A DNA stretch of 64,000 nucleotides from IMG/VR virus record IMGVR_UViG_3300045988_117852, positions 75,613 through 139,612 of that record, one strand, 5' to 3'. Numbering within the stretch: position 1 is the first letter of the stretch; the number at the start of each line of letters is the position of its first letter. Shown here one piece after another: positions 36,705 to 44,538 of this stretch. The DNA is from a virus. Under the pieces are notes generated by a model. The model saw only the letters and a list, made by a program, of their open reading frames with translations. It was not told the DNA's origin and made no database searches. A program made the position numbers and the translations under genes.

Positions 36705-36893
36705 ATGAAAGTTTTATATAAAGGTAAGAAGTACAAAGTGTATGGAGTAAGCCCTAGCCCATACACACAAGGTTATTACTATGAAAAGGGTGCAGATTTC
36801 TTAATCTATATAAAAAATAGTTGGGTATGGGTATCTTCTGATTATTGTATACCATATAAAAAGAAAAAACATAAGAAGGAAGAGGGTAAATGA
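36705..36893 (+). CDS. hypothetical small basic protein
   Basis: GGAGGAG RBS before ATG 36705. Confidence 0.35.
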   Translation: MKVLYKGKKYKVYGVSPSPYTQGYYYEKGADFLIYIKNSWVWVSSDYCIPYKKKKHKKEEGK

Positions 36894-36993
36894 TATTAGA
36901 TACGCACTTAGAGATGTTTCGCTATTTGCGCTTACTGACGATACAACCGATGAAGAAAAAATAATATTTACAGTTCAAGGGAGTAAGGCTGAT

Positions 36994-37314
36994 ATGAATT
37001 ATAATCTAACATTTCCTGTCGTAGTTCTAAAAGATGAGAATGACTCAGTTCCATATATGGCATATATCCCATATTTTGACGTAATGACACAGGGATATGA
37101 TGAAGAAGAATTGCAGATGATGGTCAAAGATTTGTTGAATCTCTGCTTAGAAGATAAAGAATCTTATACAATTCCTGCATGGGCATATAGTTATTTCAAT
37201 GAAGACGATGTCAAGGAACGAGGCAGAAAATATTTCACAGAACTTGATGATGGAGACGATACATATTTTCAGAAGAATTTTTACACAGTATGGTGGTTCG
37301 ATTTTAGGAAATAG
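36994..37314 (+). CDS. hypothetical acidic protein
   Basis: ORF. Confidence 0.4.
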   Translation: MNYNLTFPVVVLKDENDSVPYMAYIPYFDVMTQGYDEEELQMMVKDLLNLCLEDKESYTIPAWAYSYFNEDDVKERGRKYFTELDDGDDTYFQKNFYTVWWFDFRK

Positions 37315-37337
37315 TCGTAGAAAAGGAGAAAGATAAA

Positions 37338-37520
37338 ATGGACGTTTTGTTTTACATAATTTGGGTATTAGCGTTTATGGTAATTGCAGCGATCGGCATT
37401 GGAGTACCATACATGACTTATTACAATTACAAAAGAATTAAGGCAATGGATAAGAAACTTACAGGAATGTGTACAGGTCTTGGCATTATGTTAAGACCAG
37501 AAGAAGGTGATGAAGAATGA
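37338..37520 (+). CDS. small membrane protein
   Basis: One TM helix (VLFYIIWVLAFMVIAAIGIGV). Confidence 0.35.
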   Translation: MDVLFYIIWVLAFMVIAAIGIGVPYMTYYNYKRIKAMDKKLTGMCTGLGIMLRPEEGDEE

Positions 37521-37825
37521 AAGATATGAGAAATAATCCCATTGAAAATGGAAATCTGTGTTTTAGATCAAGAATGGTAAATGGAGAAACATTGATTGGA
37601 TATGCATTAGTTATCTCAAACAAGCTGTTTTGGAAAGACGGATGGAATAACTATATTTCTAGTCACGACAAACTTAATTCTAAGCAATTAATTGTCATCG
37701 AACACCTAAATGATAATGAAAAGAAAATGAGAAAAGAGTGGTTAAAGTTCATGGCAACAACAAAATCAAAAAAGGTTAAAGATGCAGACCGAGTAATTGT
37801 GAAAGACTTATTGAGTGAAATATGA
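37517..37825 (+). CDS. hypothetical protein
   Basis: ORF. Confidence 0.4.
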   Translation: MKDMRNNPIENGNLCFRSRMVNGETLIGYALVISNKLFWKDGWNNYISSHDKLNSKQLIVIEHLNDNEKKMRKEWLKFMATTKSKKVKDADRVIVKDLLSEI

Positions 37826-37840
37826 GGTGTAAGGTATTAA

Positions 37841-38008
37841 ATGAGAAGATTAATTTGGTATATCAGGTCTTGTTTCTGTAAACATGATTGGGAACAGATA
37901 TTTAATTCAGATATATATTGGAGCGAGAAATCAACTAAGCCTTATAAGTGTGAAAAGGTTTATCGGTGTAAGAAATGTGGCTGTGAGAAAAGATATGTAA
38001 TAGAGTAA
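37841..38008 (+). CDS. small zinc-ribbon protein (55 aa)
   Basis: CFC…CEKVYRCKKCGCEK; RBS GAGGTG. Under 60 aa, so absent from the ORF track. Confidence 0.3.
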   Translation: MRRLIWYIRSCFCKHDWEQIFNSDIYWSEKSTKPYKCEKVYRCKKCGCEKRYVIE

Positions 38009-38041
38009 AATCTGAGTTTTATGTAAAGTGAGGTGATTAAT

Positions 38042-38362
38042 ATGGGAGCCAATATTGAGTTCGCTATTGGCTATGCGATTGGGTTTTGTATCGTTGGAGT
38101 GATTGTATTTCTGAGATACGAAAGAAAGATGGATCGGATGAGGCAGACAAATGTAAATTTGATCTTAGATAAGATGTCGTTCATGGCTGATGCGAACGAC
38201 AAAGAAAATGGTACATGTAATAAGGAAGAAACTCGTTCAGATGTTAAGGACGCAGTGAAGTATGCAATGAAGAAAAGTCATCCAGATAATGGTGGTAGTG
38301 CAGAGGATTTTCGAAAATTTAGAGAGTTATATGAAGAAATGGAAGGTAAAGGAGTGAAGTAG
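38042..38362 (+). CDS. membrane-anchored J-domain (DnaJ-like) protein
   Basis: TM helix (FAIGYAIGFCIVGVIVFL) and a J-domain HPD motif in YAMKKSHPDNGGSAEDFRKFRELYE. Confidence 0.45.
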   Translation: MGANIEFAIGYAIGFCIVGVIVFLRYERKMDRMRQTNVNLILDKMSFMADANDKENGTCNKEETRSDVKDAVKYAMKKSHPDNGGSAEDFRKFRELYEEMEGKGVK

Positions 38363-38365
38363 TAT

Positions 38366-39973
38366 ATGACAGCTAAAGATAACACAATGGTAATTACTAG
38401 AAAAATCGCTTTGATTCCTGTCGCAAGTGAGCGAAAAGAATGGAAGAAAAGAATCAATTCTTTCTTAGAAAAAGATTTTCCAAGGAAAATTGAAGCAAAG
38501 AAGAAGCAGATCAAGAATACAAGCAAACCAGAAAAGAAAGACGGGTATAAACAGCAGCTCACAGAATTAGAAAAGCAATATGAAGATTTCAAAGAAAATA
38601 GAATCGAAGAATATACTCAGAAAATGGTTAACGATTATACATATGGTCTTGTGAGAGATGCAATGGAGAGCGAAGCAAGACGAAAGAACTACATTTTGTC
38701 TTACATATACACAAAAATGGTACAGGATGGAGTTGGATATATGCCAACATTGAAAGATAAATATACATGGATTAAAGAAAATATTAATGTTGCATATAGA
38801 CGAAAAGGAAGTAATAAAGGAAGCATCTTTGATGATGTTGACATTGACAATCCATTAGGTGGATACGGAACATGTTTCTCTCAGATATTAACAAGCAAGA
38901 TCAAAGATTTGGTTAAACAGGGATTGTTAGACGGCAAAGTGTCAATTCCGAATTTTAAAATTGACTCACCGTTTACAATTGCAAAAGCGTATTTTGATCT
39001 ATATCACGAATATGAAGATATAACAGAATTAAAGAAAAATATTCAAAATTCTGATTGTAAATTGTATTGTGGATTAGGTAACAAAGGTATTCCGACCATT
39101 GCAAATTTCAAAGTAAATATTGGACACAAAGGAAATAGAGATGAGTTGATTTCTACATTGTTAAGAATATTTACTGGAGAATACGAGATTTGTGGAAGTA
39201 CAATGCAGATTTCTAAAACAAAAATTATTTTAAATTTATCAATTAGAATTCCTAAAACACAACTTGAATTAGATGAGGACACTGTAGTTGGTGTCGATCT
39301 TGGAGTTGCAATTCCAGCGGTATGTTCTTTGAATAATAACAAATATAAGAGAGAGTATATTGGTAGTAGTGACGATTTTATTAGAATGAGAACGAAATTA
39401 CAGCATGAGAAACAGCAGTTACAGAAAGCGTTAAAAATGTCAAAAGGCGGACATGGAAGAAAAAGAAAGTTGTTGGCATTAGAAAGATGTAAAAAGAAAG
39501 AATATAACTTTGTTGAAACATACTGTCACAAAGTAAGCAAGAAAGTGGTTGATTTTGCGGTCAAGAATAAAGCGAAATATATCAATGTAGAAAATCTTTC
39601 GGGATATGATTCAAGTAAATTCATTTTAAGAAATTGGAGTTTTTATAAACTTCAGCAATACATAGAATATAAAGCTGCAAAATATGGCATTGAAGTTAGA
39701 AAAGTAAATCCTTCATTTACATCTCAAGTGTGTAGTTTCTGCGGACATTGGGAAGACGGGCAGAGAAAAGATCAAGCAACATTTGTTTGTGGTAATCCTG
39801 ATTGTGAAAGTCATAAGTTGCATATGGTAAATGCAGACTACAATGCATCAAGAAATATTGCGATGTCAACATTATTTACAAGTGATAAATTTCAATTTTG
39901 TAAAAAGACAATGCAAGATGCGGCTGAGTATTACGGTATTCAATTAGATAATGAAGATCAATTAGCAGCGTAA
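38366..39973 (+). CDS. TnpB/Cas12-like RNA-guided-nuclease-family protein (RuvC split domain plus zinc finger), 535 aa
   Basis: RuvC-I VGVDLGV, RuvC-II …YINVENL…, OrfB Zn-ribbon CSFCGH…CGNPDC, RuvC-III NADYNASRNIA. The N-terminus MVITRKIALIP resembles the TnpB start. There is no upstream left-end/TnpA. Confidence 0.7.
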   Translation: MTAKDNTMVITRKIALIPVASERKEWKKRINSFLEKDFPRKIEAKKKQIKNTSKPEKKDGYKQQLTELEKQYEDFKENRIEEYTQKMVNDYTYGLVRDAMESEARRKNYILSYIYTKMVQDGVGYMPTLKDKYTWIKENINVAYRRKGSNKGSIFDDVDIDNPLGGYGTCFSQILTSKIKDLVKQGLLDGKVSIPNFKIDSPFTIAKAYFDLYHEYEDITELKKNIQNSDCKLYCGLGNKGIPTIANFKVNIGHKGNRDELISTLLRIFTGEYEICGSTMQISKTKIILNLSIRIPKTQLELDEDTVVGVDLGVAIPAVCSLNNNKYKREYIGSSDDFIRMRTKLQHEKQQLQKALKMSKGGHGRKRKLLALERCKKKEYNFVETYCHKVSKKVVDFAVKNKAKYINVENLSGYDSSKFILRNWSFYKLQQYIEYKAAKYGIEVRKVNPSFTSQVCSFCGHWEDGQRKDQATFVCGNPDCESHKLHMVNADYNASRNIAMSTLFTSDKFQFCKKTMQDAAEYYGIQLDNEDQLAA

Positions 39974-40001
39974 ATTATATGAAAATATATGGCATGTTTT
40001 G

Positions 40002-40042
40002 GAGGGAGTTCGATGCTCCCTCAGCCATAAAATAATATGGCT
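40002..40042 (+). ncRNA. two adjacent perfect hairpins (GAGGGAG-N7-CTCCCTC and AGCCATA-N6-TATGGCT) directly 3' of the nuclease gene; a candidate guide-RNA scaffold element or terminator
   Basis: Read directly. No U-tract follows them, and they sit at the start of the first repeated unit. Confidence 0.35.
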
Positions 40043-40135
40043 ATGCCAAGAGATAGGAAAATTTTTCACTCACTAAAATTTGTGTAATTGAACAGAACGT
40101 AAAGTTCTGCATTGTATACATAATAAAGATTTGAG

Positions 40136-40237
40136 GTTTGAGAATTATTGAAAATTACACAGATACAAAACCATTCCCTGTATGCATAAGCACAATCCCA
40201 TGTTTGAGAACTATTGAAAATTACATAAAATGTATGG
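40136..40237 (+). CRISPR. CRISPR-like mini-array 1: 36-nt repeat, 30-nt spacer, degenerate terminal repeat
   Basis: Repeat GTTTGAGAATTATTGAAAATTACACAGATACAAAAC (40136-40171). Spacer CATTCCCTGTATGCATAAGCACAATCCCAT (40172-40201). The second copy from 40202 matches 24/25 nt, then diverges. Confidence 0.55.
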
Positions 40238-40375
40238 CATGTTTTGAGAAATTTTATATCCAATGTAAATTTTCTGATCATAAGAAATATGATTATGCCA
40301 AAAGTGAGATTTAAAAATAATACTCACTAAAACCTATGTGATAAAGTATCAAAATTGGACAAGGATGAAATTGAG

Positions 40376-40543
40376 GTTTGATACCTATTAAAAATTACAT
40401 AGGTACAAAACATGTTTTGATCTTCAGCACCTGATACAAAGTTTGATACCTATTAAAAATTACATAGGTACAAAACACAATCGGCATCCGATCTTTTCGC
40501 TGCCTGAGTTTGATACCTATTAAAAATTACACAAAGTGTGTGG
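40376..40543 (+). CRISPR. CRISPR-like mini-array 2: two identical 36-nt repeats, 29- and 31-nt spacers, degenerate third repeat
   Basis: Repeat GTTTGATACCTATTAAAAATTACATAGGTACAAAAC at 40376-40411 and 40441-40476. Unique spacers at 40412-40440 and 40477-40507. The third copy from 40508 matches 25 nt, then diverges. Confidence 0.65.
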
Positions 40544-40642
40544 TGTGTTCTGGAGATTTTATCTCGTCTATCAAATAGGTAGATACGCCAAAAGTGAGAC
40601 ATGAATGTACTCACTAAAATCTATGTTAGTTGAATATTTGAG

Positions 40643-40732
40643 GTTTAAGACCTATCAAATTTAACACAGGTACAGAACTCTGACGTGCTTCATTTTATTC
40701 GATCGTGCGTAAAAGACCTATCAAATTTAACA
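40643..40732 (+). CRISPR. CRISPR-like mini-array 3: 36-nt repeat, 30-nt spacer, degenerate terminal repeat
   Basis: Repeat GTTTAAGACCTATCAAATTTAACACAGGTACAGAAC (40643-40678). Spacer TCTGACGTGCTTCATTTTATTCGATCGTGC (40679-40708). Partial repeat at 40709-40732. Confidence 0.5.
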
Positions 40733-40757
40733 AAATCAAAAGGAAATTAAACGAAAA

Positions 40758-40925
40758 ATGAAATCAAGACAGCAACGTGAACAGGAAATAAAACGATTCT
40801 TTGATCGGCTGAGTCCCAGTGAATTGGACAGGCTGTTAGAAAGAAATGGAATTAATGATAAAGAGTCTGATGAGGCTCTTGCATATAGAATTATTAAAGA
40901 AGAAATTGAGAAAGGAGAGATATAA
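40758..40925 (+). CDS. hypothetical small protein (55 aa)
   Basis: ATG 40758 to stop 40923-25, overlapping the next start (ATAATG). Under 60 aa. Confidence 0.3.
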   Translation: MKSRQQREQEIKRFFDRLSPSELDRLLERNGINDKESDEALAYRIIKEEIEKGEI

Positions 40926-41230
40926 TGAACAACTTCTTATATATTGAATCACGGGAAGAAGAGAATACATCCCTCGATTCTAAACGTGTTTTATTGAATG
41001 AAGAAAATTACAAACATATTATTTCATCATTAGATCATTATCCACCGACGGCAGACGAAGTTAAGAAAGCAATTTGTATTTTGACTGGACGATTGATCTA
41101 CAGAAGCGTTTGGAATATGGAATCTGATATTGATAGTTTAAATATGAGTTTATCACCGCCAAAAGAAATGACGGTTGCAGAAATTGAAAAGGAACTTGGT
41201 TATAAAGTTAAGATTGTAAAGGAGAAATAA
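40925..41230 (+). CDS. hypothetical protein
   Basis: GGAGAG RBS. Confidence 0.4.
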   Translation: MNNFLYIESREEENTSLDSKRVLLNEENYKHIISSLDHYPPTADEVKKAICILTGRLIYRSVWNMESDIDSLNMSLSPPKEMTVAEIEKELGYKVKIVKEK

Positions 41231-41541
41231 TGCCAATGGCAAAAAAGAAACAAGGAATGTCGTTTGAAATGATGATGCAAAATATGGAAATTAATCCAAG
41301 GCAATTGTATCGTCGTAGTTCGTGGAAGAAGACACGAACAACTTATGATTATGTGTTTATGATGTGCGAAGAAGAATTAAATGAGATTATTCCATTTGAT
41401 AAAAAATATAAAATGAAACCACTCTTATGTAGAGACCAAAATGGAGTTATAACATTGGGATGGTTGCCTACACAAGAGGATATTTTCGCAAATGATTGGG
41501 TTGAGCAAGGATGGGATTTTAACAGTAAAAGGAAGAGGTGA
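41230..41541 (+). CDS. hypothetical protein
   Basis: ORF, translationally coupled to the previous gene. Confidence 0.4.
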   Translation: MPMAKKKQGMSFEMMMQNMEINPRQLYRRSSWKKTRTTYDYVFMMCEEELNEIIPFDKKYKMKPLLCRDQNGVITLGWLPTQEDIFANDWVEQGWDFNSKRKR

Positions 41542-41549
41542 ATAATTAA

Positions 41550-41849
41550 TTGAATTTTATAAAAGCAATGATCGCAATAAAAAAAGACAAAACTACTATA
41601 AGAAGAGGCATTTGGGGAAAGGAAAAGTATTTGAAAATTTATTCGTCAGAATTAACTAATGTTTATTTTGAGTGTAATGATATGGGTGAATATAAGCCAG
41701 ATTCAATTATTTTTTTATTTGATAAAGAAAACGCAGAAGTTTGGATACCTCTTGCGGAAGATGTATATGCAGATGACTGGGAAATATATGTTGAATCGGT
41801 TAAAAAGCCAAATCAATCAAAAGCAAAGGTGAAGGAGAAAGAAGAATGA
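41550..41849 (+). CDS. hypothetical protein (TTG start as called)
   Basis: GAGGTG lies 9 nt upstream of TTG 41550. Confidence 0.35.
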   Translation: MNFIKAMIAIKKDKTTIRRGIWGKEKYLKIYSSELTNVYFECNDMGEYKPDSIIFLFDKENAEVWIPLAEDVYADDWEIYVESVKKPNQSKAKVKEKEE

Positions 41850-42259
41850 AAGTGTTTTTAGGCGGAACATGCTCTGGATGGAAGTGGAGAGACCAGCTAC
41901 AGAAGATGTTGGATTGTGATTATTATAATCCAATCGTAAAAAATTGGAGTGAAGAAGACCGACTGCGGGAAGTCAAGGAAAGAGAAGAATCTGACTATGT
42001 TCTGTATGGCATTACGAATGGTATTAAAGGAGTATACAGTATTGCAGAAGTAGTTGATGATTCTCATAAGCGACCAGATAAAGTGATCTTTCTTAATCTC
42101 TATCAGGAACAAAAGAATAAAGAATCTAAGCAGATGAGCCACAGTTTAAAAGCAGTCGAAAATTTATTGAAAGAAAATCGTATTAAAGTATATTCTGGCG
42201 TACATGCTATGCAGGATGTTGCAGATTTTCTTAACTTAATGAATAAACGAAAGGGGTAA
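41846..42259 (+). CDS. nucleoside 2-deoxyribosyltransferase-like protein
   Basis: VFLGGTCSG near the N-terminus and a DYVLYGI…G core are consistent with the Nuc_deoxyrib_tr fold. Weaker match than the 46464 paralogue. Confidence 0.35.
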   Translation: MKVFLGGTCSGWKWRDQLQKMLDCDYYNPIVKNWSEEDRLREVKEREESDYVLYGITNGIKGVYSIAEVVDDSHKRPDKVIFLNLYQEQKNKESKQMSHSLKAVENLLKENRIKVYSGVHAMQDVADFLNLMNKRKG

Positions 42260-42265
42260 AGAAGA

Positions 42266-43219
42266 ATGAAATGTTTTTATCATGTTGATCAGGACGGCAT
42301 CGTATCTGGTTTCTATGTCAGAAAAGCTTGCGAACAGCGAGGTTTAGAGTTTAAACCAGAAGACTTCCGAAAAATTAATTACGGCATGAAATTCCCGTTT
42401 CATGACATTGAGCAGGATGAATTTGTGTTTATTGTAGACTACAGTATTGAGCCAGAAGAGATGTGGCAGTTGCTCAGTATTACAAAGAATGTATTTTGGA
42501 TCGACCATCATCAGTCTACGATTGAAGCGTATAAAGATTTCAAGTGTGATGTAAAAGGAATCAGAATTACTGGAGCGGGTATTTCAGGAGCGAATTTGAC
42601 ATGGTTATATTTTAAATATATGTGTGATGAAAATTGGGAGCAAATTGAGAGGACGGATGAGAAAAATGTAAAAAGATTACTCAATATATATAAATATAAA
42701 GCAGATTATCCAAAACTGGCAGAATATACAGCCATGTGGGATACATTTTATTTTGGTGAAACGTCAAAACAATTCGTAAAAGCATTTCACTATGCATTTG
42801 AATCGTATGATTTTGATGCGTTAAGTCCATTGCTAAACACGTTAAATAAAGATCAAGGAATTTATGAAGCAGCAAAAATTATTGGTGATATGATAGCAGA
42901 TGGCTTATCAATTATTGAGTATTTAGCAGCAAATGCAGAACAATATCTTAGAGCATATGGTTTTGAAACCATATTTGAGGGACATAAAGTCTATGCAATC
43001 AACCGAGCATTAATCAATTATGATTTCTTTGAATCTATTGATGCTTCTAAATATGATATGTTCATTGGTTTTTCGTTCAATGGAAGTATGTGGGAATATC
43101 AGTTGCGATCCGCAGAACAGGATAAAGTAAATGTGTATGAGCTTGCTGTGAAATATGGTGGCGGTGGTCATCCAAATGCAGCTGGGTTCAGAAGTGATAA
43201 GTATGTGTTAGGAGTGTGA
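42266..43219 (+). CDS. DHH-DHHA1 phosphoesterase (NrnA-like nanoRNase / pAp phosphatase family)
   Basis: DHH motifs HVDQDG, FIVDYS and WIDHHQ, plus the DHHA1 GGGGHPNAAGF signature near the C-terminus. Confidence 0.65.
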   Translation: MKCFYHVDQDGIVSGFYVRKACEQRGLEFKPEDFRKINYGMKFPFHDIEQDEFVFIVDYSIEPEEMWQLLSITKNVFWIDHHQSTIEAYKDFKCDVKGIRITGAGISGANLTWLYFKYMCDENWEQIERTDEKNVKRLLNIYKYKADYPKLAEYTAMWDTFYFGETSKQFVKAFHYAFESYDFDALSPLLNTLNKDQGIYEAAKIIGDMIADGLSIIEYLAANAEQYLRAYGFETIFEGHKVYAINRALINYDFFESIDASKYDMFIGFSFNGSMWEYQLRSAEQDKVNVYELAVKYGGGGHPNAAGFRSDKYVLGV

Positions 43220-43222
43220 TGT

Positions 43223-44008
43223 ATGTCAAGGAAAAATACAAGAGAATTTGAACTTGCTTTTAGTAAACATAGAGACCCAGATTGGGAAGCCGATGTAGAG
43301 ATTTATGGAAAAAGGGTTTTAAAAACAGTACGTGGTATTTGTCTTGGTGATGAATGGACAGAAATTAATTCATTGAGAAACAAGGATCATATTGAGTTAG
43401 CGGAGATGTTTTGTAATTTTGACGATCATAATCCACATTTTAATCTGAGCCCTCAATATGTTTTATTGGATAAGTTTTCTATAACATCTCCTGCGATATT
43501 GTGTAGTGATGAAATAGTTATGAAAAATGGCAAAGTTTTGAATGTTGATAATATATCAGCAAATCTATCAGGCAAAAATGAAGTATACAAGATTTATTCA
43601 AATACAAAATATGATGATTATACATATTATGATGAATCAGAAAATTTAGTATTTGAATTAGCATCAAAAGATGTTGATAAGATAATCCGATTTATGAGAG
43701 ATTTTATGGATGAATTACGTGATGCTAAATTAACAAAGTATAGAAATAGTAATTTTTTATGGAGACTATTTAACACTCTTGATATGCCACATTTTAAACA
43801 AACATATTCCATGAATGATTTGAAAAAATATACAAACACATTTAGATCTGAGGTTTGTGGTCAACTAAAAGAAACTATTCCTAATTTTAAATATACTGGA
43901 GTTCCAATGGGCGGGTATATTGAAAGATATTTTGAATTAAGTTATGTAGAGGAAGTACAAAAATTCATTAAAGAACAGGAGGCAAAGAGATGTGAAGAAA
44001 CTAAATGA
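43223..44008 (+). CDS. hypothetical protein (261 aa)
   Basis: ORF. Confidence 0.45.
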   Translation: MSRKNTREFELAFSKHRDPDWEADVEIYGKRVLKTVRGICLGDEWTEINSLRNKDHIELAEMFCNFDDHNPHFNLSPQYVLLDKFSITSPAILCSDEIVMKNGKVLNVDNISANLSGKNEVYKIYSNTKYDDYTYYDESENLVFELASKDVDKIIRFMRDFMDELRDAKLTKYRNSNFLWRLFNTLDMPHFKQTYSMNDLKKYTNTFRSEVCGQLKETIPNFKYTGVPMGGYIERYFELSYVEEVQKFIKEQEAKRCEETK

Positions 44009-44525
44009 TGAACAGCGAAGGCTGATTGAAGATAATTACTCTTTGATTTGGCATTTACATGAAAAATATTTTACAAAGTTTACAGATTTTGATACATATA
44101 TGGATCTTGGTCGTATGGCAATTTGTAAAGCAGCATTAAAATGGGACGAGTCTAAAGGAACTTTTGGTACATATCTCTTCTGGGTATTACGTTCAGAAGT
44201 GAATCAATATTATACAAAATGGCACAGACTAACAGAAAAAATGAATAGGAATGCTGAATCGTTAGATACACCATTGGCAGGATACGAACCAGAAGATGAT
44301 ATTACAATCGGAACAACACTGATGAGTAAAGATAATGTAGAGGATGAGGTGCTTACAAAGGTACATTTTCAAAATGAGTTTGATAAATTGGCACCGAGAA
44401 ATAAAAAGATTATCACGTTAAAGCAGAAAGGTTTAACACAAAGACAAATTGCAAGTCAGCTTGGAATCACTCATCAGTGGGTTAGTCAAAATATTGTACA
44501 GTTTAAGAAAGCATTATGTGGATAA
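43992..44525 (+). CDS. sigma-70-family RNA polymerase sigma factor
   Basis: Region-2-like …YMDLGRMAICKAALKWDESKG.FGTYLFWVLRSEV and region-4 HTH LTQRQIASQLGITHQWVSQNI. GTG start as called. Confidence 0.6.
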   Translation: MKKLNDEQRRLIEDNYSLIWHLHEKYFTKFTDFDTYMDLGRMAICKAALKWDESKGTFGTYLFWVLRSEVNQYYTKWHRLTEKMNRNAESLDTPLAGYEPEDDITIGTTLMSKDNVEDEVLTKVHFQNEFDKLAPRNKKIITLKQKGLTQRQIASQLGITHQWVSQNIVQFKKALCG

Positions 44526-44538
44526 AAGAGGTGAGATC

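Noticed and set aside
39976-40760. Interpretation of the triplicated repeat region as a replication origin (iterons)
   Set aside because: The 36-nt repeats flank unique spacers of uniform length and end in degenerate copies. They also lie directly 3' of an RNA-guided-nuclease-family gene. That pattern fits CRISPR-like arrays better than iterons, although an origin function is not excluded.
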